Assembly: GCA_964019335.1 (NCBI GenBank)
Contig: OZ025721.1
Location: 62,001-126,000 of the forward strand
From: Diplonema japonicum
Taxonomy: Eukaryota > Protista > Euglenozoa: Diplonemea
Direction of reading: 5' to 3'
DNA: 64,000 bases
Shown: positions 24,201 through 33,044 of the stretch, one piece after another
Layout of the letters: each line of letters opens with the position of its first letter
How positions within the stretch are numbered: the first letter of the stretch is position 1
The notes under the pieces: generated by a model
Told to the model about the DNA's origin: nothing
The model's database searches: none
What the model saw: only the letters and a program-made list of their open reading frames with translations
Program-made: the position numbers and the translations under genes

Positions 24201-26799
24201 GAACTGGTCCAACACCAAGTCGGACCCTTTTCGACTGGGCATCACGACGGGGGTGGCCGTCTCGGAGAGGGCCAGACTTTACATCGGACGCACGCTGCTG
24301 GAGGCTGGGCCGGACGACCTCCTGTTCGAAGGTGTGAAATACCCCCACGTGAACAGAGCAATGGGCAAAGCTTCGAAAGGCCTCACGGCCCACTCCATTC
24401 GCAGGGGCGCGCTTCACACGCTAATGCGCAGGGGGGCTGCGCTGGAAGAATTGCGGGCTGTCTCCCGTCACTCATCGACGACGGCATTGATGCGGTACCT
24501 CCCCCAGGCCGAGGTACACACACAGTGAGGGCGACTGCAAAGACTTCTTCTTTGCTCAGGTGAAATTCCCTTTTTCTTTTTTCCGCAGTTCCGCCAAGGT
24601 CAGCCAGGGTGCTGACTACGACCCTTTGGACGGTTTCGAGACTTTCCCGTCGGCTGACCCCTTCATTGGATATGACGCAGAACCGCGTTTGTTTGGCGTC
24701 TCGCCTCCTGCCCAGCGGGGTTCAGACGGCGACATTGCGGCGATATCGAGAAGCAGGATCAGTGTCCCTGCCCTCAAAGAGTTGGACGAGCGTGGGATCC
24801 TTGACGGTGTCGTCGATGTCATCTGCTGTGAACATGCTTTCCGGGGTGCGCTGAAGGAAGGGGCATTGACAGAGATGGAGGCTCCGAGGTACTTGAGGGG
24901 CACATCGCGGGGCATGCTTCGCCACCTCCCGACGCTCAGAGATTACGGAGTCCTGAGGAAAGTGAAGATCGACCACCCGAAGGTCATCCTCCCCCTGTTC
25001 ACCGTGCCAAAGAAGTCGGGAGATCTCCGTCTGGTTCAGGACGGCAGGAAGCTGAACCTCTTGATGAAGCCACCCCCCCAGATGTTTTTGCCGCCGATCT
25101 TGGAGGTGATCGAGCGCTTCCTACGCGCAAGGTATGTTGTGACGGCAGATGCGAGGAGTTGGTTTTACCAGTTCCCGCTGTCACCCGCGGTAGCGAAGTT
25201 CTTCGGGGCGAGAGTTTCTGGCTGGAGGGGCCAGTTCAGCACCGTGGTGATGGACGTGATGGCGATGGGGTGGAGTTGGGCGCCAGCTATCGCGTAGAGG
25301 ACCGCCACGGTGTTGCTGCCGGAGGAGCAGGGTGTGTGCTGGATTGACAACTTCTTCGTCCTAGCACAGAGCCGCGAGGAAGCTCTCGGGAGGTTCGGTT
25401 GCTTTTTGCAGAGGTGCGAGAAGGTCGGGGTGGACCTGCACTTCGACGAGGCTGGTGCGGGCGTGCCAAACCAGGAGTTCGAGGCTTTGGGGCTTGCTTT
25501 TGATCTTGTGTCCGCGCGGTACAGGATGGCTCCGAAGTGGGTAGAGAAGGTTCTGCAGGCTGAAGAAACGACGAAGGTTGTCGGCGACAGCAGGTGTACC
25601 CCGAGGGAGTTTTCTCGGCTATTCGGCAGGGTCGTTTGGCACCGGTACACAACCAGGCATCCTCTCTGTTTCCTTCCCCACGCCATCAGTTTCCTCCGCA
25701 AAGCCACATCCTTGGTAGCGAAGGAGCCGCAGAAGTGGGACGAGACCGTGGCCGTTCCCCCATCTACTGTGGCTGACGTGAGGCGTGCGCTGGCGGTGAT
25801 GGCCAGGAACGCCTGGAGAACCCGACCAGACGAGTTACCTGAGAGGGTGGTGTGGACTGACGCTTCGTCGACTGCCTGGGCAGGGGTCATGCTGGATGAA
25901 GGCGTCGTGAAGCACGTGACGCAGGGAGAGTTCTGTGGACGGTGGGAAGCACGTCACATCTTCCTGAAGGAACTAGCGGCAGCCCGGGAAGGAGCTTTCA
26001 TGGCCCTCCGTGGGGGGTCCCGCTGCAAGGTATCGCTGATGGTCGACAACCTGCCTGCTGTGTACGCGATTCGGAAGGGGCTGTCATCTAGCTTCATGGG
26101 AAATAAGATAATTGCTGACATATACACTCTCGTAGAGGAGCGTCAGGCAAATCTCCACGTCCAGTGGGTTTCCACACACGAGCAGAAGGCAGACCCATTC
26201 ACGCGGGGCGTTACGCACCCGGGGGCAAGATCAGGCCACTTCCTGTAGTGAGAGACGCCTCCACGGTCCCGCCGTTACGGCACCGCGTTCCGCGGTCCCA
26301 GAGGGTCCTGAAGCGAACAACAAAGACATATAGTCATAAAGAATTATTTTTGTTACAAATATTTATCTTTCAAAAAATGATTTTATAACTATATGCAACT
26401 TGTGCCGAGCAAAAAACTTTCGCAGCTTTTTAAAAATCTTTTTTGCTCGTGCGAACAACAAAGACATATAGTCATAAAAAATTATTTTTTTTTGTCTCGC
26501 GAAAATTTAACCCTACAGGTATTACCGACCCGCGTTTCAGCAGCCTTATGACGATATTGATGGAGCTGATTCTGGAAATATACCACGGGGTAATACACGA
26601 GTCGCGACCTTGTGTGCTGTTGCTGAGGGGGATAAAGAAGAAGATACACAAACAGGTACGGGTGGATACAACACAAAAAAAACAAAAACAACCGCAGATC
26701 AAATTCTTGGCCCAACTTCAAGAGGTGGAGGGTACGATGATGTCTCTGTCTATGCAATACAAAATAGCGCAGCGCAAGAGGGAACGCACAACTGAATAG
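18286..26799 (+). CDS. UTP15: UTP15 (U3 snoRNP WD40 protein); exons 18286-19738, 26519-26655, 26698-26799
   Basis: WD40 repeats (GHTDYVR, GSHDHTARVW) and a UTP15_C domain. The domain is cut at EL.RR.GL.IALAARD...H and resumes in frame (G|GT = Gly) with ITDPRF...ILEIY after CCCTACAG at 26518. Confidence 0.88.
19783..22140 (+). mobile_element. Truncated, frameshifted non-LTR retrotransposon (RT plus CCHC-like region) in the UTP15 intron
   Basis: RPITVTSAVYRLWA, QHSFRKGR, LDFAKCFD, GILQGCPLS, YADD and CDVC...HQLWEC are spread over three frames, with breaks near 20660 and 20930. No tail or TSD seen. Confidence 0.88.
22247..22319 (+). tRNA. tRNA-Ala(AGC)
   Basis: Full cloverleaf GGGGGTG...CATCTCCA, anticodon arm CTCGC-TTAGCAT-GCGAG, G3:U70 identity pair and a downstream T-run terminator. 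Confidence 0.97.
22658..23569 (+). CDS. Gag-like ORF1 of the YR retrotransposon
   Basis: First ORF after repeat A1, with a helical core and Arg/Gly-rich basic tail. Assignment is positional. Confidence 0.7.
   Translation: MPPKTAKAGGERVGSPTSPPPCQTPGRSEATPKRTRVDRLVEQAVQRAISELLPTVRDRVESSHLGSGHRLELSADRADRGPSAEGTTGVNLPGIRDGRRRRLASQSSADSEGFRDEPSADDSPQDNPDTQAPPPLWGLQALEPSKWAWLEPGERPMVVANIAMQYRQLTVGPHAWEAGMRVKDLQEIVMAIGCQDPVELNSTLVRLAERAIVRLQALERGSRDNWEAADAIQQAFDGQSVPTFLRKGERLAEELTRRRRKRKLTDSATMRGGKSRREGRASGENEGRSRRGGRSGSRDRRRK
23566..24528 (+). CDS. Tyrosine recombinase
   Basis: Catalytic set AARCSDV (R), TKSD (K), HSIRRG (HxxR) and RHSS...MRY (H, Y). Confidence 0.92.
   Translation: MTALTASPPAPHVPHAPYPNSHFLPLSPSRQTNNVPSLGRPKVTELPLTAKQKVRVSREAGRHMRSALSEQYWASITSVYRRFLEFRKHWDVPSTPWAIILFVTKLMTLNDLKSALQYCVNIRAAEARYGQGPVQSRALRDFERSLRRQGALRPQKQAIPATPIQLRRAMRKTSSEKVRTVLELAWYGAARCSDVIRLKCKDVTVMPRHIAVNWSNTKSDPFRLGITTGVAVSERARLYIGRTLLEAGPDDLLFEGVKYPHVNRAMGKASKGLTAHSIRRGALHTLMRRGAALEELRAVSRHSSTTALMRYLPQAEVHTQ
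24560..26248 (+). pseudogene. RT/RNase H ORF interrupted by one in-frame TAG (25295-25297)
   Basis: RT motifs LFTVPKK..LRLVQD.R.LN, DARSWFYQF, MGWSWAP and WIDN. RNase H motifs WTDAS, HIFLKE, VDN and WVSTHEQKAD. ORFs 24560-25297 and 25310-26248 share one frame. Confidence 0.88.
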
Positions 26800-27118
26800 G
26801 AAAAGAAGAAAGGATGGGGGTGGAAAAAAAAAGAGAAGAAGAAAAAAAAAACCCTCCCAATCAAAAAAAGAAGAATTAAAAAAAAAAACACACACAAGAT
26901 ATCATATGGCTACCCCCTTCCCCTCCCCCTCCTCCCCTTTTCTTTTTCTCCGGCTATCATTTCTTTTCTTTTTTTTTTTTCTTTTTCTTTTTTTTCTTTC
27001 CCCCTCCCCCTTTTTTATCCTCCATTTATTTCAATTTTTTTTTTTTTTTTTTACACTACAATTTTTTTTGGGGAAAAAAAAAAGCTATTACAAGAAAAAA
27101 AAAAGAAAAAAAAAAACT

Positions 27119-27715
27119 ATGAAAGCTATTGTGATGATGAAGTGCCCATCAGTGGACGGGTCCATCGACGAGAGTGTTGGTGCTCCATCTTCTCCAGGAA
27201 GTTGCAGCGTGAGGTCGAGGAGTCTGGACAGGTGCGGGGGCTGGAGAGACGTGGGAAGGAGGTGTGCCTCTTTGGACCAGGGATACAGACGCGTGCTGGT
27301 GTGCACTGATGACGAGGATGACGACGGGACAGCAAGCATGGGTAACAGCTTTTACCATGAAGAAGATACTGCCGAGGACGAGAATGGGGGCGTCGTGCCT
27401 CTCACAGAGCCTGAGGTTGATAAGATTTTACTCTCTAAGGTAGCCCCTTCTTCTTGCACGATTAAGGGCGAAATCCGTCATTTGAAAAAAGCTCAGAAGA
27501 GTTTTTCGGCCACACCGACTCAAGAGGGCTTGAACCCGCACGCTTGTGAGTGGACCCCTGAATCTGCCGGGCTCAGTACACCTCCCAAAAATTCGTTGGG
27601 AACTTCCAAGAACAAAACACCCCTTACTCTGGAACAGTGGTCCTTCCCAAGCAATGCATCCCCCACTGTCCCGCCTCAGGGGTGGATGCCCCCGACGGCC
27701 TCGTGGAGGCGCTAG
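27119..27715 (+). CDS. Disordered Ser/Pro-rich protein with PAM2-like PABP-interacting motif
   Basis: GLNPHACEWTP (27527-27559) fits LNPxAxE(F/W)xP. ATG 27119 follows a poly-A leader. Confidence 0.65.
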   Translation: MKAIVMMKCPSVDGSIDESVGAPSSPGSCSVRSRSLDRCGGWRDVGRRCASLDQGYRRVLVCTDDEDDDGTASMGNSFYHEEDTAEDENGGVVPLTEPEVDKILLSKVAPSSCTIKGEIRHLKKAQKSFSATPTQEGLNPHACEWTPESAGLSTPPKNSLGTSKNKTPLTLEQWSFPSNASPTVPPQGWMPPTASWRR

Positions 27716-28901
27716 GTTTTTTTTTTTTTTTTTTTTTTTTTTGGAGAAGAATGAGAATTTTAACAAATTTTATTTATATTTTTTTTTTTAACATTTTTTT
27801 TTAATAAAAAAAAAAAAGAAATTGCTTTGTTGCATTACACATTTTTTTTTCTTTTCTTTGAAGAACAACTGAAGGAAAAAAAAAAGAGAGAGAACGAAAG
27901 AAAATAATGGAGGAAAAAAAAAAAAAAAAAGCAGGAAAAAAAAAATTGAGAACGAATTTTTTTTTTCTGTTTCCCTCGTTTTTTTAGGGCATGTTGTTGC
28001 GAATACTTCTCTCCCTCCCCCCCCCCCCCCCCCCTCCTCTTCTCTCCCTAATCAATAGTGATTTTTTTTCCCTCAGAGAATATTAATTGAGAAAAATTGA
28101 GAGTTTCCTTTTTTATTATTTTATATCGTTTTTTTAGGAGGAGGGGGAGGTGATGTTGTTTAGTCCCCTGAGCCAGGGGTACAGGCTGCTCCACTCGCTT
28201 TTTCCTTCCTCAGAAATACTGCTTTGCAGCCTTCATACAATTTTTTTAAGTAAGGAGGGGGGGGAAAGGATTGTTGGCTATAGTGGGCAATTGGTGGGCA
28301 GAAGAACACCTCCCCAAAAGTTTAGCCACTTCCTTTACTTATTTCCCCCCCCCCTCCCCCTGCTCCCTCCTACCATTCTGTCCACCTTCTTGGATGACCT
28401 GCCTGGAGTTTTATTGAAATATCAGCTCGAAGCCAAGAAAAGTAACCCCTCGTTTTTTTTTTTTTTTTTTTTTTTTTCCTTCCCCCTTTTTTCCTTTTAC
28501 AGTCCCAGTTCTATTTTTGTCGCAACTGGCAGAAAATAAACATTTGAGGAAGAAGGTAAACAAGAGATTCTTTATTTTTCTTTGGGGGGTGGAACATCTT
28601 TTGAAGACAACTATACCCTACCGGCAGAAAGAATGAAAAAAAAAAAAGAATGAAAAAAAAACCCTCCCTAATTTTTTTTAACTCGTTGGCAGCGCAGTTG
28701 ATAATTAATCTAAAAAAAAAAACTAAAAGGAGCTATTAAAAAGAAATCGCAAAGGTGGTAAACCAGAGGGGGGGGAAAAAATATCTAAAAGCAAAGGTAG
28801 GATTACAGTTTCCGCTTTTTGCATCTCCCCTTTCTGTTGTAGGTTGAAAACGCAGTACATGGGCGAGGGTGGCAAGGGAGAGAGAAAAGAAGAAGAAGGA
28901 G

Positions 28902-28932
<31 letters not shown>

Positions 28933-29020
28933 ATCTATGTAAAACAAATTTTTATTTTCTTTTTTTTTTTTTTTTTCTTAAACAAGGATGGGGAGAAAGG
29001 GTTTATTATCGCGCGCTAAT

Positions 29021-29058
<38 letters not shown>

Positions 29059-29226
29059 CCCTTTTTTTTTCCGGGTCATTTCTCCCCCCCAGATGCAAAA
29101 ATAGAGACAAACTGGGGGCACAAGGGAATTCCCAAGTCAGTGGCCCATCGACTACATTTTTGCTGCGATGACTGTTGTGGGGTTATTATTGTTATGTATG
29201 GTAGTTCACTCCCTTTCTTCCCCTCC

Positions 29227-29257
<31 letters not shown>

Positions 29258-29697
29258 TTTCTTGGCCACAAACCTGATCCTCGGGGAACATTGGGTTTTA
29301 TGTCCACTTCTCACTCCCCCCCCCCCCAGGTATCTACCCCTAAGCCCCTACCAGTACAAACCGTGGTAATTTCACTCACATTTCAAAGGGGGAAAAGGGA
29401 CACCTGTTTGATACCACCCCCCTTTTTCTTCTTTTTATTGAAAATTGAGGTGAGATATGATTTACCCTTGACTGCAACATTATAAAACATAAAGTGCAAC
29501 AAAAAAAAAAAAAAAATAAAGAAAGAAAAAAAAAAGAAGAAGAGGGAAGAGAAGAGAGAAGGAAAAAAAGAAAAAGAAAAGAAAAGAAAAGAGGAAAAAA
29601 AAAAAAAAAAAACCGATGGAGAGCTCCTCACATGATGCCAGTCTCCTTGTTGTATAGGAGAGAGAGCAGGAAAAGGGCGAACATTTTTTATTATTAT

Positions 29698-29742
<45 letters not shown>

Positions 29743-30031
29743 TATTTTCCTTTTTTCTTTTACCTGTACAACAAAATAAAAAAAAAGGTGAGAACAACAC
29801 ACTATTCCAGTCCGCCAAAGCATTCTGGAAATTTCTCTTTTTTTTTTCTTTTTTTTTTTTTTTTTCCCAGACACCTTTCTTAGGAAAGGGGATGTGCCCT
29901 GAACACATATTTATGCGGGGAAAAAAAAAAAAAGAACAAAGAAACCAGTACATTAGCGGACTCGCTGTCGTTTCATCCATCACACAAGTGATTAAAGGAT
30001 TTTCCCCCTCCTTTTTTTTGGCGCGGTCCTT

Positions 30032-30065
<34 letters not shown>

Positions 30066-31871
30066 ATTCTTGTGCTGCGCTTTTTTGACTTTCTTTTGTA
30101 TTGTTTTACAACATTTTTTTTATTATTATTATTATTATCGCCTTTTTTTTCTAAGTGTGGTATCATCCCTTTAAAAAGGCAAAAAAAAGAAAGAAAAAAA
30201 AAAAAAAAAAAAAAAGAAGGAAGAAAGAAAAAAAAGAAAGAAAGAAAAAAAAGGAAAAAGTAGTCCCTCTTTTTTTTTTATTTTTATTATTTTTTTTTTT
30301 TTATTTTGTATCGTTGCTAAGGAAGGATAGGTCCAATAAGGCAGGCCTCTTTCAAAGCCTTATGCCCCCTGACTTGTGCGCGAAATAAAATTATTCAGTT
30401 CTTGAGAAAATAACAGTTGTCGCGTGAGGGGAAAAAAATGGCACAAAAAAAAAAGGGGGGTCAATTTTTTATAGTAGTGAATTTCTCCCTGAACGGTGAG
30501 CACCCACCCGCACACCGAAATTTATCAAATTTATTATTTATTCACTTACTTATTTCTTCTTTTTTTTTTCTTATCTTCATTTTACTATAGAACGCAAATA
30601 AAAAAAAAAAAAAGAGTTTCAAAAAAAAAAAAAAAAGGAATAGATAAAAAAAACTGGTGAAATCCCCCCTATCCACCCACTTTTTTTTTTTTTTTTTTTT
30701 GAAGGAACAGTGCAAGCTCGGCAGTCTGTCAAGAGGCAAGTACAAAAAAAATCTTTTTTTGGGTTTTCCATTTTTTTATCCCCTTTTAACCGCAGTTAGG
30801 GGAAAAAAGAAGGAGGGGGGGAAAAAAGGACACAGAAACATCAATTAATTTCTTTCTTTCGTTTCCGTTTTTTTTTTTTTTCTTCTTTCTTAGATTTTTC
30901 TCCCCCAGGGGGGGGAGGGTAAATTTAAAAGTAGGAATAAGAAAGGTATTTGTCCTGTCGCACCTCCTTTTTTTTTTGAACTCGGAAAAAAAAAAAAAAA
31001 AAAATGTTGTTCTTAGGTTTCTTCCTACCTCCCCCCTCCCCCCTCGGCATATCCATTTTCTTCCCTTTTTTCCCACCATTTTTTTTTTCTTCCCCCCCTT
31101 CCCCCCTTTTTTTTCATTTTGTCTCTATAGACAGAAGTGCGCACATAGAATAAAGGGGATGAAGTATTTATTACAAAAATTATTATTATCTTTCTATAGG
31201 TTCATTTAAAAGAGGGGGGGGGGGGGGGGGGACATCAGTTGAAGGAAAAAAAGAAGAAAGAAGAAGGAAAACAAAAGGAGGAAAGAAGAAGAAAAAGGAT
31301 AGCCTCTATCTATTCCTGGTCAAGGTGTTGATAATTACCATCAGCACCTGAGGGTGGAAGGAATTTACAGGGGCCACAAATGGAAGTGTGTGTGGAGTAG
31401 AGCTTTATGTATCAAAGCCCAACCTCCTACCCTTCCTTTGCTGTGGCACTGTCTCTTCTTCTTCTTTTTTTTTCTCTTTTTTTTTTCCCCCCATTTCTCC
31501 ACCCCCTCTTTATTATTTTTCTTTTTCTTTTTTTGCTTTGTTCTCGAGCCGCTAATGGCACGTGGCATGATCCTTAAGAAAAAAGAAAAAAAAAAGAAAA
31601 AGGTTTTTTTTTCTTTTTTTTTTTTTTTTTTTCTTTTTTTTATTCTCTCTTCTTTATTTCCTCTCACTTGGTTTTCTTGTTTCCTTCCCCTTCTTCTACC
31701 GAACCCATACCCCTCCAAACGTAGGTACAACAACCTTTTTTTTTTTCTTTTTTTTTCTCCCCTCTATACAACTTTTTTTTTCTTTTTTCTCATACGTATT
31801 TTTTTTTTTTTTTTTTTTTTTCTTTTTTTTCCCTTTTCTTTTTTATTCCCCACTAAAAGAATTGTTATTCT

Positions 31872-31910
<39 letters not shown>

Positions 31911-32692
31911 GGCTTACATAAACAACCAGCCGACTCTTCCCTTCTTTTTTTTTTTATTATTATTATTTTTTCGCGTCCCTTTTTTTCACTCTTGCAACTA
32001 CAATCACAAGTAAGAATAAAATAAAAAAATAAAATGAGCATTTGTTTGTAGTAAAGACTGTCTCTGGAGACGAAGTCCGTCAGAAATGCGCAACCACCCA
32101 TGCCAGTGCTCTTTGTGGGGCACTTGGCTTGCATCGAGAGCCGCTTTAGGGACCGGAAAGTAGTCATGAGTCTTTGGCCGTCTCGTCAGGGGACCACATG
32201 TTCAGCGTGATGACTGGTTGTCTAAAATCTCCCAAGGATGCTCTATGGTCCCGCCACCGTGCTTGCGAAGGGACCCTCATGCAGTCGTCCTTCGCAACGT
32301 TGGACTTCAACAGGGTAGACCTTCCACGAGGGCTTCCTGTACATCAGCACGGACATACCGCTGAAGGATGGACCCGGTGACAGGGGTCGTGGCACACTCG
32401 AAGCATAACAAGTTCACAACGGAAGACTGTTAACCCCAACAGTGCCGTAGAAGAAAAAAAATATAGTGTTTTGGGCTTTACACAGGGCCCTCCCGGTTCC
32501 AAATGAGTTTTTTGGTGCAACAGATGAGTCTTCACTCGGAACATCTGCCCTCTCCGTGCTTATCACCACAATAAACGGTTCAGTTTCTCAGGTTTAATTG
32601 AGCCTTGTGAACATGAACAACTTGCTGAAACTGCATTCAATCTCCGCCTTACCAGGGCCCTACCCCTGGCAGCGAAACAGGTTCTAAAAAAA

Positions 32693-32764
32693 TTCCCCGG
32701 CCGGGAATTGAACCCGGGTCATCCGCGTGACAGGCGGATATACTGACCTCTATACTACCGAGGA
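32693..32764 (-). tRNA. tRNA-Asp(GTC)
   Basis: The reverse complement TCCTCGGTAGTATAGAGGTCAGTATATCCGCCTGTCACGCGGATGACCCGGGTTCAATTCCCGGCCGGGGAA folds as a cloverleaf and is followed by a T-run. Confidence 0.97.
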
Positions 32765-32780
32765 GACGAAATTCCGTACC

Positions 32781-32894
32781 AATAATAATAATAAATATTC
32801 CACTACCAGGCGGGAGGATCGAAGGGGAGTAGAGAAAACCATTCAAGGGAAAGGGAAAGGGACATCACTTCAAACCAAGAGAGGTGTATTATTG
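32781..32894 (-). mobile_element. 5'-truncated 114-bp retroposon 3' end with 10-bp TSD
   Basis: Nearly identical to 57860-57957 and ends CGCCTGGTAGTGGAATATT(TAT)n. ATTCCGTACC is duplicated at 32771-32780 and 32895-32904. Confidence 0.88.
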
Positions 32895-33044
32895 ATTCCG
32901 TACCGTCAATAAACTTCTCTGTAATATAAGCTTTTCTGAGCTCTTATTATCTCTCCAATTATGTTCGTTTGTTTCAGTTTATTTTTTGTTTACGAAATAT
33001 AAAAATTCAACAAAGGCCTCCCCTCTTTCCCAAATGTACTTGTT

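Larger units (their letters stand above)
22534..26495 (+). mobile_element. Tyrosine-recombinase retrotransposon, VIPER/TATE-like gene order (gag-like, YR, RT/RNase H), with split direct repeats A1...B1-A2-B2
   Basis: A1 (22534-22649) is identical to A2 (26347-26462). B1 (26313-26351) matches B2 (26451-26489) with one mismatch. Three internal ORFs. Confidence 0.92.

Noticed and set aside
25295-25297. Stop-codon reassignment suggested by the in-frame TAG (and the TGA at 60470)
   Set aside because: Host genes terminate at TAA, TAG and TGA at the expected positions. In-frame stops occur only in mobile elements.
32431-32440. TAACCCCAAC as a telomerase RNA template
   Set aside because: A short match with no supporting structure; chance occurrence is likely.
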